NCBI GenBank assembly: GCA_036344075.1
Contig: JAYYUJ010000024.1
Location: 99,614 to 163,613, forward strand
DNA length: 64,000 nt
From: Pseudomonadota bacterium
GTDB lineage: Bacteria; Pseudomonadota; Gammaproteobacteria; Pseudomonadales; UBA7434
Reading direction: 5' to 3'
Position 1 is the first letter of the stretch. Every line of letters begins with the position of its first letter. Position numbers and translations under genes: made by a program. Under the pieces are notes generated by a model. The model saw only the letters and a list, made by a program, of their open reading frames with translations, did not search any database and had not been told where the DNA came from. Positions 10,100 through 20,537 of the stretch are shown here, one piece after another.

Positions 10100-11470
10100 T
10101 TGTTGAGGAAGTATATTTTGTTCCGTAAGTGGTTTGAAAAAAAAGACACAGCATCGTTAGCTGACGACAATTTGCCAGTAACTCAAAGCAACACTCATGC
10201 TGAAATGGCTGACTCTGAGCAACGGCAAGCTAAGAAATCACGACCACGGCGAAAAAAAAAGTTGGCGAAATCGCAATGGTCGTTAGCACAATTTCAAGTC
10301 CCTGAAAAAGAAGGTCAATCACGCTTTCATGATTTAGATTTGCCGCTTTCAATTATGCACGCGATTGCCGATTTGGGTTTTGAATATTGCTCGCCTATTC
10401 AGCAAGCGGTATTGCCCTATACACTTGACGGTTATGATGCGATTGGTAAGGCACAAACCGGTACCGGTAAAACAGCAGCTTTTCTTCTTACGGCCCTAAA
10501 TGATTTGTTGATTAACCCTATTGAAGATGAAAGGTTTATGGCTGAGCCTCGCGTTGTGGTTATTGCGCCGACTCGTGAGCTAGCTATGCAAATTGCGAAG
10601 GATGCACAAGATCTATCAAAATATACTGATCTCAATGTTGAAATGTTGATAGGTGGCGTTGATTATACAGGTCAATTGAAAAGAATACAGTCGCGTATTG
10701 TTGATATTGTGGTTGCTACTCCGGGCCGATTGATTGATTTCTTAACCCGTAATGATCTTAAACTTGATCAAGTTGAAATTTTAGTGATTGATGAAGCCGA
10801 TCGTATGCTTGATATGGGGTTTATTCCTCAAGTAAAGCGTATCGTTAGGGCTTGTCCGGTTAAGCAGAATCGTCAAACCTTGATGTTTAGCGCTACATTT
10901 ACCGACGATGTGCTAAGACTTACTGAGCAGTGGACTATTGATCCAGTTAAGATAGAGGTGGAGCCAGGTCGAGTCGCGGCAGATACAGTGAATCAAAAAG
11001 TCTATATGATTGCGGCTGAGGAAAAATTCACTGTGCTAAAAAATATTTTAAGTTCGGACGAAGTGAGCAGTGCCATTGTCTTTGCTAATCGACGTGATCA
11101 AACTCGCTGGTTATATGAGCGGCTTAGCAAAACTTCAGTGACCTGCGGCATGTTATCTGGCGAAGTTGCTCAGCAAAAAAGGACCTCAACTTTAAAGCGC
11201 TTCAAAGAAGGCAAGATAAAAGTATTGGTTGCTACGGATGTAGCCGGCCGTGGTATCCATGTGAATGGAATCAGTCACGTCATTAATTATAACTTACCAG
11301 AAGATCCTGAAGATTATGTTCATCGTATCGGTCGAACCGGTAGAGCAGGTGAGTCAGGCACATCCATTAGCTTGGCCTGTGAGGATGATGCATTTATGTT
11401 GCTTGATATTGAAGCTACACTGGGTCAAAAGCTCGAATGTAAACAGCCTCCTTCAAGCTATACGGAATAA
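10100..11470 (+). CDS. rhlB: DEAD-box ATP-dependent RNA helicase, RhlB-like
   Basis: Q-motif region FEYCSPIQ, Walker [25 protein letters not shown] (DEAD), [13 protein letters not shown]. The basic N-terminal extension and RFHDLDL resemble Pseudomonas RhlB. The TTG start is uncertain. Confidence 0.8.
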   Translation: MLRKYILFRKWFEKKDTASLADDNLPVTQSNTHAEMADSEQRQAKKSRPRRKKKLAKSQWSLAQFQVPEKEGQSRFHDLDLPLSIMHAIADLGFEYCSPIQQAVLPYTLDGYDAIGKAQTGTGKTAAFLLTALNDLLINPIEDERFMAEPRVVVIAPTRELAMQIAKDAQDLSKYTDLNVEMLIGGVDYTGQLKRIQSRIVDIVVATPGRLIDFLTRNDLKLDQVEILVIDEADRMLDMGFIPQVKRIVRACPVKQNRQTLMFSATFTDDVLRLTEQWTIDPVKIEVEPGRVAADTVNQKVYMIAAEEKFTVLKNILSSDEVSSAIVFANRRDQTRWLYERLSKTSVTCGMLSGEVAQQKRTSTLKRFKEGKIKVLVATDVAGRGIHVNGISHVINYNLPEDPEDYVHRIGRTGRAGESGTSISLACEDDAFMLLDIEATLGQKLECKQPPSSYTE

Positions 11471-11483
11471 GCATCCAAAAAGT

Positions 11484-11954
11484 TTAGCCGCTGATTTGGC
11501 TCTGTAAGTAATTTTCAATGCCAACCGTCTCAATGAGCTTGAGTTGTGTTTCTATCCAATCAACATGTTCTTCCTCGGATTCAAGAATACTCCTTAGTAA
11601 ATCTCGGCTGACAAAATCATTAACATCTTCACAGTAAATTATGGCTTCTTTCAAATCAGGAATAGCAATCATTTCAAGCTTTAAATCACAGGCTAACATT
11701 TCTTGGGTATTTTCCCCAATCATGAGCTGGCCGAGTTTTTGTAAATTGGGTAAACCTTCTAAAAAGAGAATTCGTTCAATCAATTGGTCGGCATGTTTCA
11801 TCTCATCAATGGACTCGTGATACTCATGATCAGCTAATTGCTTAAAGCCCCAATCTTTGTACATGCGGGAGTGCAAAAAGTACTGATTAATCGCAATCAG
11901 CTCATTTGCCAGGATCTGGTTGAGGTGTGAAATGACATTAGCATTGCCTTGCAT
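11484..11954 (-). CDS. bfr: Bacterioferritin
   Basis: [28 protein letters not shown]...[10 protein letters not shown] (heme-ligand Met region). A strong SD (AAGGAGAG) precedes the ATG at 11954; the longest ORF extends to 11987. Confidence 0.9.
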   Translation of the reverse strand: MQGNANVISHLNQILANELIAINQYFLHSRMYKDWGFKQLADHEYHESIDEMKHADQLIERILFLEGLPNLQKLGQLMIGENTQEMLACDLKLEMIAIPDLKEAIIYCEDVNDFVSRDLLRSILESEEEHVDWIETQLKLIETVGIENYLQSQISG

Positions 11955-12082
11955 GTTACTCTCCTTGATGGATGTAATAAGTGGCAATTTTGGGGATCAA
12001 TGAGGGTTATGTCAAGATAAGTTATTGATTTATATAGTATTAATGAGAATGAGAGCGTTTTTCAATATGATAACTATTGACT

Positions 12083-12286
12083 TCAAGCGGCATAAAAATG
12101 TGGGTTGTTGTTCGGTTCTTTCTCGAAAACGGCTTCTTTTAACATTTTATTGGCCACTTCGAGACAGCATCCGCAATTAGTGCCTAATGATAGATTTTGT
12201 TGTAACGCACGCAGGCTATCAGCACCGCGGTGAATGGCTTGATCAATTTCGCTTTCTGTAATCCTGTTGCAAAGACAAATGTACAT
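12083..12286 (-). CDS. bfd: Bacterioferritin-associated ferredoxin
   Basis: MYICLCNRITESEI...NCGCC gives the four-Cys [2Fe-2S] BFD pattern. 67 aa, adjacent to bfr. Confidence 0.85.
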   Translation of the reverse strand: MYICLCNRITESEIDQAIHRGADSLRALQQNLSLGTNCGCCLEVANKMLKEAVFEKEPNNNPHFYAA

Positions 12287-12336
12287 TGTTTTGGCTTAAA
12301 TTCAATTGAGGTAAGTGGCAAGGATTATTATACACT

Positions 12337-12355
12337 ACTAACGCTAATCATTACC
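12337..12355. promoter_or_regulatory. Putative Fur box upstream of bfd
   Basis: ACTAACGCTAATCATTACC matches 14/19 positions of the GATAATGATAATCATTATC consensus by hand count and lies about 50-70 nt upstream of the bfd start. bfd is Fur-repressed in pseudomonads. Confidence 0.5.
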
Positions 12356-12436
12356 AATTGCAGATGGGTTTTATTAACAGAGGGTAAAGTTTCTTGATCG
12401 TATGGGTAAAAAAGTTTATTTAATTAGTCACTTAGC

Positions 12437-13099
12437 TCATTTATTTGGAGCAGGAGGTGGCCAACCACCCAAGGCTTTCCAGCGGTTAACTATGTAACAG
12501 AATAAGTCGGCAGTTTTTTCTGTGTCATAACGAGCCTTATGAGCATCCTCATTATCAAAGGGAATACCAGCTTCGAAGCAGGCTTTAGCGAGAACGGTTT
12601 GTCCTAGAGCTAAACCGGCTAAAGAAGCGGTATCGAAACTAGAAAAAGGGTGAAAAGGGCTGCGCTTAATTTCACAGCGTTCAGTGGCGGCATTCAAAAA
12701 ACTCTGATCAAAGGCCGCATTATGGGCAACAATAATGGCGCGCTTACAGCTCATCTTTTTCATTGCTTTGCGGATATGGCCGAATAAGTCGGTCAAAACC
12801 TCTGTTTCAGCTAATGATGGGCGCAGTGGATGGTCGGGTTTAATGCCCGTGAATTCCAGCGAGGCAGGTTCAATATTAGCCCCCTCAAAGGGTTTGACAT
12901 GATAACTATAAGTATCGCCAGGATAGACGTTACCAGTGTCATCCATGTGGATAATCGTTGCGGCAATTTCTAGCATTGCATCGGTGCTGGCATTAAAGCC
13001 GCCGGTTTCAATATCAATGACAACAGGTAAGTAGCCGCGAAATCTGTGTTCCATTGTATGCATATTTTTTGGTTCTTGGTGACTAATCTCGTTACTCAC
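12437..13099 (-). CDS. rnt: Ribonuclease T
   Basis: [41 protein letters not shown] (DEDDh exonuclease motifs). Near-colinear with E. coli Rnt. Overlaps the pyrC stop by 8 nt. Confidence 0.92.
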   Translation of the reverse strand: MSNEISHQEPKNMHTMEHRFRGYLPVVIDIETGGFNASTDAMLEIAATIIHMDDTGNVYPGDTYSYHVKPFEGANIEPASLEFTGIKPDHPLRPSLAETEVLTDLFGHIRKAMKKMSCKRAIIVAHNAAFDQSFLNAATERCEIKRSPFHPFSSFDTASLAGLALGQTVLAKACFEAGIPFDNEDAHKARYDTEKTADLFCYIVNRWKALGGWPPPAPNK

Positions 13100-14141
13100 T
13101 CTGTGTTAACCGCCATAAAATATTCTGTCCAGCGCGAAGCGGAATCAATTGATCGTCAGCCATTGATAACTGTGAGGGGACTTGCCAGTTTAATTTTTCT
13201 AGAGTAATGGTGCCGGTGTTGCGTGGTAGTCGATAAAAGTCAGGACCGTAAAAGCTTGCGAACCCTTCTAGTTTGTCTAGTGCATTCATTCCCTCAAATG
13301 CTTCTGCATATAATTCAATTGCTGCATGTGCTGTATAAGCACCTGCACAGCCACAAGCACTTTCTTTATTGTTTTGGGTATGCGGAGCTGAATCGGTTCC
13401 AAGAAAGAATTTTTTATTACCACTGGTAGCGGCTTCAAGCAAAGCCTGTTGGTGACTTTGCCGTTTCAATATGGGTAGACAGTAATAATGGGGCCGAATA
13501 CCGCCGGCAAGCATATCGTTGCGATTATAAAGCAGGTGATGTGCAGTAATGGTAGCGACAATATTGTCGCTGCTGGTTTTAACAAATTCAACGGCTTGTT
13601 CTGTTGTGATATGTTCAAACACGATACGTAATGACGGAAAATCACTGACAACTTGTTCTAGTATCGTTTCAATAAAAAGCGCTTCGCGATCAAAAATATC
13701 AACATCGCTATGTGTCACTTCGCCGTGAATGGCCAATACCATGCCGGTTTTTTGCATGGCTTCAAGCGCGGGGTAGATTTTTTTGATATTAGTCACGCCG
13801 CTATCAGAGTTAGTCGTGGCACCGGCTGGGTAAAGCTTTGCCGCATACACTAAGCCAGATACTTGTGCCGCTTCTATGGTGGCTGCCGTGGTTAGATCCG
13901 TGAGATATAGCACCATTAAGGGATCAAGCGATAGATTATCATCAACTGCTGCGATAATACGATTACGGTAGTCTATAGCCTCTACAGCATTGGTGACGGG
14001 CGGCACAAGATTAGGCATCACAATAACGCGGTTAAATTGTTTGGCCGCATCGTTTGCGGTGCGACTTAATGCATCGCCATCTCTAAGGTGGATATGCCAA
14101 TCGTCGGGTTGAGTGAGCGTTAGAGTAGTCTCTGAAGTCAT
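13092..14141 (-). CDS. pyrC: Dihydroorotase (class II, homodimeric type)
   Basis: [31 protein letters not shown] motifs. Confidence 0.92.
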   Translation of the reverse strand: MTSETTLTLTQPDDWHIHLRDGDALSRTANDAAKQFNRVIVMPNLVPPVTNAVEAIDYRNRIIAAVDDNLSLDPLMVLYLTDLTTAATIEAAQVSGLVYAAKLYPAGATTNSDSGVTNIKKIYPALEAMQKTGMVLAIHGEVTHSDVDIFDREALFIETILEQVVSDFPSLRIVFEHITTEQAVEFVKTSSDNIVATITAHHLLYNRNDMLAGGIRPHYYCLPILKRQSHQQALLEAATSGNKKFFLGTDSAPHTQNNKESACGCAGAYTAHAAIELYAEAFEGMNALDKLEGFASFYGPDFYRLPRNTGTITLEKLNWQVPSQLSMADDQLIPLRAGQNILWRLTQSE

Positions 14142-14388
14142 TGCTTGCCTGTATTTAAAAGAAATATAACATATTTCACGGTTATGAGAACAGAGAAAAT
14201 ATCCTCATGCCAGCATCAATGACGATTGTAGACTAAAATTGATAGACAATGTGATTAACAAGGCGAGTCACTTGAAAAATTAATTACTCAAGTGGCTGTC
14301 ACTAAGATTCACAATAACGCCGTTAGCGCCATCGAAGTTAATGATCTCATTCCTGCAGCACGGCAGACGAGTGTTTAGGAGAATATGT

Positions 14389-15282
14389 ATGCAACGATTT
14401 AAAATGTTTTACTGGCTAATTTTAGGCTTTTTTGTCAATACCGTTCAGGCAAATCAATACCAAGCCGCTATGGATCAGTCGCGATGGTTAGTGACAAGTC
14501 ATCTATTATCTTGTCATATGATTCAGGAAATTCCCGGTTTCGGGCGTGCGTATTTTGAACAGCCGGCAGGTGAATCGCTGCAGTTTTACTTGGCCAGTCA
14601 CCAGCATGCCATGTCAGAGGGTAAGGCATCACTGCGATCGTTAGCACCGGTTTGGAATCCTACTATTGAGGGGCGAGAGTTTGGTCTGATTGACGTGCAG
14701 TCGGGGTCTAGGCCTATTCAGTTAGGGTCTGAACTGTCCTTGCAACTATTAAACGAACTTTATGTTGGTCGCGTGCCTCAGTTTCTTCGTCGCGCGAAGG
14801 GCACACATAAGGCTGATGTACCAGAGACCGTTGAGGTGGTGCTGTCGGCGGTGAACTTTCGAAGCTCATTTGCTAGCTACCAACAATGCTTAGAACAGCT
14901 AATGCCAGTGAGCTTGTCTGAATTGAGTTTTTCAAGTCTACATTTCTTATCCAATGAATCGGTTTTGAATGAGGCTTCACTGGCGTGGTTGACCACCTTG
15001 GTTGAGTTTATTAAGCGTGACGATCAATTGGAGTCTGTCTTTATCGATGGTTATACCGATGACACTCACTCAGCCCGATACAACCGTGTATTATCGAAAA
15101 GACGTGCCGAAGCTGTGCAAGACTTTTTACTTCAGCAGGGAGTCAGTGCCGACCTTATTCTACTTCGGTTTCACGGTGAGCGGTTTCCTATCGCGAGCAA
15201 TGAAAGCCCCCAGGGACGTGAGCAAAACCGCCGAGTGACGATTCAATTGCAACGTCAGTCCCCCAGATTGGCTCAACGCTAG
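14389..15282 (+). CDS. motY: Flagellar stator-associated protein MotY (OmpA-like C-terminal domain)
   Basis: Signal peptide MQRFKMFYWLILGFFVNTVQA. C-terminal OmpA/MotB peptidoglycan-binding motifs GYTDDTHSARYNRVLSKRRAEAV...NRRV. The position between pyrC and argG matches P. aeruginosa motY. AGGAG lies before the ATG at 14389; the longest ORF starts at 14341. Confidence 0.7.
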   Translation: MQRFKMFYWLILGFFVNTVQANQYQAAMDQSRWLVTSHLLSCHMIQEIPGFGRAYFEQPAGESLQFYLASHQHAMSEGKASLRSLAPVWNPTIEGREFGLIDVQSGSRPIQLGSELSLQLLNELYVGRVPQFLRRAKGTHKADVPETVEVVLSAVNFRSSFASYQQCLEQLMPVSLSELSFSSLHFLSNESVLNEASLAWLTTLVEFIKRDDQLESVFIDGYTDDTHSARYNRVLSKRRAEAVQDFLLQQGVSADLILLRFHGERFPIASNESPQGREQNRRVTIQLQRQSPRLAQR

Positions 15283-15468
15283 GGCAGAAATCAGCAAATT
15301 GTGTAATTAATGGCGTTCTAGGTCCTCTATCTGGTGTTAGCCGCATCGATTTTTCGATAGACTTACGTTTTATTTAAATACCATGGTCGAAAGTCTAATT
15401 CGGTAAAATAGCGATCAGGCAAAATGGCCGCTTGTCAGGTTCTATTTTTAAGGCGATGAAGTAGCACT

Positions 15469-16683
15469 ATGAGTGATATTAAAAAAGTAGTTTTGGCGTA
15501 TTCCGGTGGACTCGATACTTCGGTAATCGTGAAATGGTTACAAGAAACCTATCATTGTGAAGTAGTGACGTTTACCGCGGATATAGGGCAAGGTGAGGAG
15601 GTCGAGCCGGCCAGATCGAAAGCCCAGGCGCTAGGCGTAAAAGAAATTTATATCGATGATATGCGTGAAGAGTATGTGCGCGATTATGTTTTTCCTATGT
15701 TTCGAGCTAACGCCATTTATGAGGGCGAGTATTTATTAGGAACGTCGATTGCCCGCCCTTTGATTGCTAAGCGGATGATTGATATTGCCAATGAAACCGG
15801 TGCTGATGCGATTTCACACGGAGCAACAGGCAAAGGTAATGATCAAGTACGATTTGAACTCGGTGCTTACGCGCTCAAGCCGGGTGTTAAGGTAATAGCG
15901 CCTTGGCGAGAGTGGGATCTTAACTCGCGCGATAAGCTTTTGAGTTACTGTGAACAACACAATATACCTGTTGAAATGAAGCGCGGTAAAAAATCGCCTT
16001 ACTCAATGGATGCTAATTTACTGCATATTTCTTATGAGGGCGGCAATTTAGAAGATCCTTGGTCGCCCGCTGAAGATGATATGTGGCGTTGGTCTGTGGC
16101 ACCAGAAGACGCACCTGATACGCCAACGTATCTTGAACTTAGTTATCAACAAGGTGATATTATCGCAATTGATGGAGTGGCAAAAACCCCTGCAGAAGTT
16201 TTAACTGAATTGAATGCGGTTGGTGGTGCGAATGGTATTGGCCGATTGGATATTGTCGAAAATCGTTACGTGGGGATGAAGTCTAGAGGTTGTTATGAAA
16301 CACCCGGCGGGACTATCATGATGCGCGCTCACCGCGCGATTGAATCGATTACGCTAGATCGAGAAGTCGCCCATTTAAAGGATGAGTTGATGCCGCGTTA
16401 TGCGTCATTAATTTATAACGGTTACTGGTGGTCACCGGAACGAAAAATGTTACAAACTGCGATTGATGAGTCACAGCAATGTGTTAATGGTGTGGTACGA
16501 TTAAAGTTATATAAAGGTAATGTTATTATCGAAGGGCGCAAGTCGGATGACAGTCTATTTGATGAGGCAATAGCCACCTTTGATGACGATGATGGCGCTT
16601 ATAACCAACAAGATGCTGAAGGGTTTATTAAGTTGAACGCACTTAGAATGCGAATTGCATCGAATAAAGGTCGAGAATTATAA
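15469..16683 (+). CDS. argG: Argininosuccinate synthase
   Basis: [13 protein letters not shown] (PP-loop), [33 protein letters not shown]. Confidence 0.95.
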   Translation: MSDIKKVVLAYSGGLDTSVIVKWLQETYHCEVVTFTADIGQGEEVEPARSKAQALGVKEIYIDDMREEYVRDYVFPMFRANAIYEGEYLLGTSIARPLIAKRMIDIANETGADAISHGATGKGNDQVRFELGAYALKPGVKVIAPWREWDLNSRDKLLSYCEQHNIPVEMKRGKKSPYSMDANLLHISYEGGNLEDPWSPAEDDMWRWSVAPEDAPDTPTYLELSYQQGDIIAIDGVAKTPAEVLTELNAVGGANGIGRLDIVENRYVGMKSRGCYETPGGTIMMRAHRAIESITLDREVAHLKDELMPRYASLIYNGYWWSPERKMLQTAIDESQQCVNGVVRLKLYKGNVIIEGRKSDDSLFDEAIATFDDDDGAYNQQDAEGFIKLNALRMRIASNKGREL

Positions 16684-16704
16684 GAATTTTTATTGATGTT
16701 AAAA

Positions 16705-16740
16705 AACCGGTAAAGGGTTAACTCCTTGCCGGTTTTTTTT
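16705..16740. terminator. Rho-independent terminator, probably bidirectional (argG on +, HAD gene on -)
   Basis: AACCGGTAAAGG / CCTTGCCGGTT hairpin (one G-U pair, one bulge), flanked by an A6 tract upstream and a T8 tract downstream. Confidence 0.8.
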
Positions 16741-16813
16741 GTAGTTTACGTTGCAGTGTCCGTCGATGTATGCCAAGAGATCGAGTCGTTGCCGAGATGT
16801 TACCGTTATCATC
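16718..16813 (-). pseudogene. Remnant of the C-terminal Fis-type HTH of a RegA/ActR/RoxR-like response regulator (31 codons, no start codon)
   Basis: The reverse frame reads (TAG stop) DDNGNISATTRSLGIHRRTLQRKLQKKPARS*. This matches the ...NVSETARRLNMHRRTLQRILAKR.P type C-terminus. No receiver domain precedes it; the HAD gene stop is at 16893. Confidence 0.55.
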
Positions 16814-16892
16814 CTACGCTTTTGCGTTATAATTAAGCACTATTAAAGGTAATGCACCCACGTAAGAATAAATAAACTGTATACAGTGACGA

Positions 16893-17528
16893 TTATCGAT
16901 TTGTAAGTGCTATTTTTAGATCAGCAATGGTTTTTTCTTCGTCTTCGGTTACTAGCAAGCCATCGATACCTAAGGCTTCGGCAGCAATTAAATTGCCTTC
17001 AAAATCGTCTAAGAATAACACTTCATTTGGCTTAACATTGGCGCGTTCTAGCGCTATTTGATAAATTTTGGGGTCCGGTTTACGCACACCTTCTTCGCAA
17101 GAGTCGACAATATGGTCGAAAATTTCGCTCGTAGGAATGAGATTGCGCCATCCTTCGCCAAATTCTTTGACATTATTGGTTACGCAGACGGTCGTGAATC
17201 CTGCGGGGCGAAGGGTTAAAGCATAGTCGGCGAGTTTTTCTCTAACGCCGCCTTTGCTGCCCATTGAAGCGAATACTTCATAGATATCAGCCTCAAAACC
17301 TTTAGTGGCGCCTAGTTCGATAATCAATTGGCGGGCTTGTTCGAGGGTAATTTCTCCTCTTTCCATGCGGTGCCAAGGATGATCGCCATCAACCCCATAC
17401 TGGCCGAGGAGTGTCTCAGCAAACAGATCAGCATCGGTGCCTTGTTGAATGGCAAAATCAGTAATGGCATGAAACGGAGAAGCGGTAAATACACCGCCAA
17501 AATCAAAAAAAATTGCTTGATAAGACAT
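16893..17528 (-). CDS. HAD-superfamily hydrolase, subfamily IA (epoxide-hydrolase N-terminal-domain-like phosphatase type)
   Basis: Motif I variant AIFFDFGGVF, VCVTNN, K..P, and LFLDDFEGNL (motif IV). Confidence 0.7.
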   Translation of the reverse strand: MSYQAIFFDFGGVFTASPFHAITDFAIQQGTDADLFAETLLGQYGVDGDHPWHRMERGEITLEQARQLIIELGATKGFEADIYEVFASMGSKGGVREKLADYALTLRPAGFTTVCVTNNVKEFGEGWRNLIPTSEIFDHIVDSCEEGVRKPDPKIYQIALERANVKPNEVLFLDDFEGNLIAAEALGIDGLLVTEDEEKTIADLKIALTNR

Positions 17529-17631
17529 AATTAAATTAACTCTTAAAGGTAAAAAATTATTACAGGCTATTCTAATCTAAGCTTCTATCCCGATTATATT
17601 GATAGCTGATTAATTTTATTAAGCATAACTT

Positions 17632-17652
17632 AAATGAGAATAGATTGCATTT
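17632..17652. promoter_or_regulatory. Possible Fur-box-like element upstream of the Fe3+ ABC transporter operon
   Basis: AAATGAGAATAGATTGCATTT contains an AATGAGAAT half-site typical of Fur boxes. Overall the match to the 19-mer consensus is weak (about 10/16 over the core) and needs a 1-nt shift. It sits about 80 nt upstream of the start codon. Confidence 0.3.
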
Positions 17653-17733
17653 CAGCATTAAAAATGCTCCAATTATTGCCCGCTCTTATTTCACTTTGTC
17701 TTCGTAATCAGCAGAAATTCTCAGAGAGATAAC

Positions 17734-18807
17734 ATGAAAACTGATCAATTAAAAACCAGATTTAGATCTTTACTTGCCACCATACTGGCTGGGTTGTTAG
17801 CGGCCTGTAGTGCTGAACAAGAATTGGAAGAGGCTACTCAAGCGGCGACTGCAGATAGTTTATCAGACCCTATTGTCGTTTATTCCTCGCGGAAGCAGCA
17901 TCTCATTCAACCTGTTTTTGAGCAGTTTACTCAGCAGACTGGTATTGCGGTGGAATATACCACTGACAAGGCCGGCGTTTTAATTGAGCGAATCAAGACC
18001 GAGGGTCAGAACACACCTGCTGACCTGTTAGTTACTGTCGATGCAGGTAACTTAGGGTATGCTGCGGCTGAAGGCATCTTTCAAGCCATTAACTCTGCCG
18101 TTATTAATGACACGGTTGCGCCGCATTTGCGCGATGAACAGGACTTATGGACCGGTTTATCACTGCGAGCTAGAACCATTGTTTACAGTACTGAGCGTGT
18201 TAAGCCAGAAGATTTATCCACTTATCAAGCCTTGGGAGAGTCACAGTGGCAAGGGCGACTCTGTTTACGAACGTCAAAAAAAGTCTATAACCAGTCATTA
18301 GTTGCGATGCTTATCGCCGAGCAAGGCGAAGTTAAGGCCGAGCAAACCGTGGCGGCTTGGATAGCTAATTTAGCGATTGATCCGACTTCCAACGACACCA
18401 AGGTCATGCAGGCAATTGAAGCCGGTCAGTGCGATGTGGGCATTGTGAATACTTATTACTTTGGTCGATTAGAAGCTAAAAATCCTGACCTACCCTTAGC
18501 TTTATTTTGGCCGAATCAGTCGGTAGCCGACAATTCTGGCGTGCATGTGAACGTGTCTGGCGCTGGCATTTTGAAGTACAGTAAAAATCCTGCTCAAGCG
18601 CGCCGTTTACTCGATTGGTTGGTATCAGAGCAGGCCCAAGCTTTGTTTGCAGGGTTAAATAAAGAGTACCCGGTCATTAGTCGTGGCGCGATTGATCGTC
18701 AGGTGAGTGCTTGGGGTGCATTTAAGCAAAGCCCATTACCGCTGAGCAAAGCCTTCCAATTGCAGCCCGCGGCGGTCAAGTTAATGGATCGTGTAGGCTA
18801 TCAATAG
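17734..18807 (+). CDS. Fe3+ ABC transporter periplasmic substrate-binding lipoprotein (FbpA/AfuA/HitA-like)
   Basis: Lipobox LLAACS; VVYSSRKQHLIQPVFEQFTQQTGIAVEY and GIVNTYYFGR resemble ferric-binding proteins. Followed by a fused double permease and an ATPase. Confidence 0.75.
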   Translation: MKTDQLKTRFRSLLATILAGLLAACSAEQELEEATQAATADSLSDPIVVYSSRKQHLIQPVFEQFTQQTGIAVEYTTDKAGVLIERIKTEGQNTPADLLVTVDAGNLGYAAAEGIFQAINSAVINDTVAPHLRDEQDLWTGLSLRARTIVYSTERVKPEDLSTYQALGESQWQGRLCLRTSKKVYNQSLVAMLIAEQGEVKAEQTVAAWIANLAIDPTSNDTKVMQAIEAGQCDVGIVNTYYFGRLEAKNPDLPLALFWPNQSVADNSGVHVNVSGAGILKYSKNPAQARRLLDWLVSEQAQALFAGLNKEYPVISRGAIDRQVSAWGAFKQSPLPLSKAFQLQPAAVKLMDRVGYQ

Positions 18808-18868
18808 TGGCTGAAATAGTGGTTGAAAAGGCACAGGTCTTTCCGGTCAAGATCTGCTAAAGTGCGGT

Positions 18869-20476
18869 ATGGTTTATTTTAAACGATTTAGTATTTGGCA
18901 GTTATTTCTTGTGCTCATGTCACTGCCAACAACGCTAGCCTTGGTTGGCGTTCTCACCGCGTGGTTAGATATTGATCTGGCCGTATTCGGTCATTTATTC
19001 GAATTCGTGATTCCCAACGCAGTGCTGAATACTCTTGGGCTAGTACTGTGTGTGGCTATTGTAACATCGCTTATTGCAGTGATCAGCGCCTGGTTAACGA
19101 CTGTTTGTGATTTTCCCGGCCGTGCTTTCTTTTCGTGGGCATTAATTTTGCCGATGGCTATTCCCGGCTATGTCATGGCTTTTGCATTAGTGGGAGCGTT
19201 AGAGTACACCGGTTCATTCCAAACTTATTTACGTGAATCAATAAGCAGTTCGCTGATATTACCTGATGTCTATTCTTTTGGCGGGGTTGTGTTAGCGCTG
19301 AGTCTGACATTATATCCTTATACCTATCTGTTAGTGAGAAATGCGTTTCAAACTCAGGGTAAGCAGAGTTTAGAAGTAGGGCAGTCTTTGGGCTTATCAG
19401 TTCGTCAAAGCTTTTGGAGAGTCAGTTTGCCGCAGGCTAGACCTTGGATTGTTGGCGGCAGCTTATTGGTCATGATGGAAACGCTGGCTGACTTTGGCAC
19501 AGTGGCGGTGTTTAATTACGATACCTTGACCACGACTATTTATAAATCTTGGTTCAGTTTATTTTCATTTCAATCAGCTTTGCAAATTGCCTCGTTATTA
19601 TTATTGTTTGTGATTGTGGTTAGCTTATTAGAAAGGCAGAGTCGGCACAAGCAGCGCTTTACTAACGCGCGCAATGCTGTCCAAGCTCGATCGCGCATTC
19701 TATTACCATCACTGCAGGCTTATTTAGCCTGTGCTTTTTGTGGTGTTATTTTTTTTATAGGCTTCTTGCTACCGATTGGTCAATTACTGCTGTGGGCTAT
19801 TCCGCATTTGAGTTCAGGGTTAACGGACCAATTTTGGCGTTATATGCTGGGCTCGTTCAGTTTGTCACTATTGGCAATGACGATTATCACTGCATTTGCA
19901 TTGCTACTAGCTTTTGCTGCCCGCACGCAGAACAGTTACTTGGCCAATTGGTCAGTTAAAATCAGTACTCTAGGTTATGCCTTGCCGGGGACGGTATTAG
20001 CCGTTGGCCTACTAGCACCGATTGCCGCGATAGACCATTATCTGGCGAGACTTGGCTTTGCTGCGCCTATTCTGCAAGGCAGTATAGTGGTCATGTTATT
20101 GGCTTATAGTGTGCGGTTTATGGCGGTTGCCTTTTCACCGATTGAAAATAATTTATTGCGCGTCACGCCTTCGATTGATGCCGCATCGAGAAGTTTGTCG
20201 GTTTCGGGTCTTAGTATGCTTTGGCGGGTACATTTTCCTATGATCAGAGTTGGCGTATTGACGGCGATGGTTTTGGTATTTGTTGATGTGATGAAAGAAC
20301 TGCCCATTACCTTAATGACACGACCGTTTGGTTTTAATACCTTGGCGGTAAGAATTTATGAGTTAAGTTCAGAAGGTTTATGGCAGCGGGCTGCTTTGCC
20401 AGCTTTAGCTATCGTGTTAGTAGGTTTAATTCCAGTGGTGATTCTGATTCTGCGGGCTGATAAAGTACAACAGTAA
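18869..20476 (+). CDS. Fe3+ ABC transporter permease (fused two-domain FbpB/HitB type)
   Basis: 535 aa, about 12 TM helices, two EAA-like loops (QSLGLS...; SRSLSVSG...). Confidence 0.75.
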   Translation: MVYFKRFSIWQLFLVLMSLPTTLALVGVLTAWLDIDLAVFGHLFEFVIPNAVLNTLGLVLCVAIVTSLIAVISAWLTTVCDFPGRAFFSWALILPMAIPGYVMAFALVGALEYTGSFQTYLRESISSSLILPDVYSFGGVVLALSLTLYPYTYLLVRNAFQTQGKQSLEVGQSLGLSVRQSFWRVSLPQARPWIVGGSLLVMMETLADFGTVAVFNYDTLTTTIYKSWFSLFSFQSALQIASLLLLFVIVVSLLERQSRHKQRFTNARNAVQARSRILLPSLQAYLACAFCGVIFFIGFLLPIGQLLLWAIPHLSSGLTDQFWRYMLGSFSLSLLAMTIITAFALLLAFAARTQNSYLANWSVKISTLGYALPGTVLAVGLLAPIAAIDHYLARLGFAAPILQGSIVVMLLAYSVRFMAVAFSPIENNLLRVTPSIDAASRSLSVSGLSMLWRVHFPMIRVGVLTAMVLVFVDVMKELPITLMTRPFGFNTLAVRIYELSSEGLWQRAALPALAIVLVGLIPVVILILRADKVQQ

Positions 20477-20537
20477 TATTATGCTGTGAATTACCAATAG
20501 TTAGGTGTGCAAGCGTCGAAGTGATTGGACAAACAAT

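Noticed and set aside
14302-14326. Possible sigma28 (FliA) promoter CTAAGATT-N9-GCCGTTAG upstream of motY
   Set aside because: The -10 part matches GCCGATAA at 6/8 positions, but the spacer is 2 nt shorter than the consensus geometry and the -35 part is poor. This is not enough to call.
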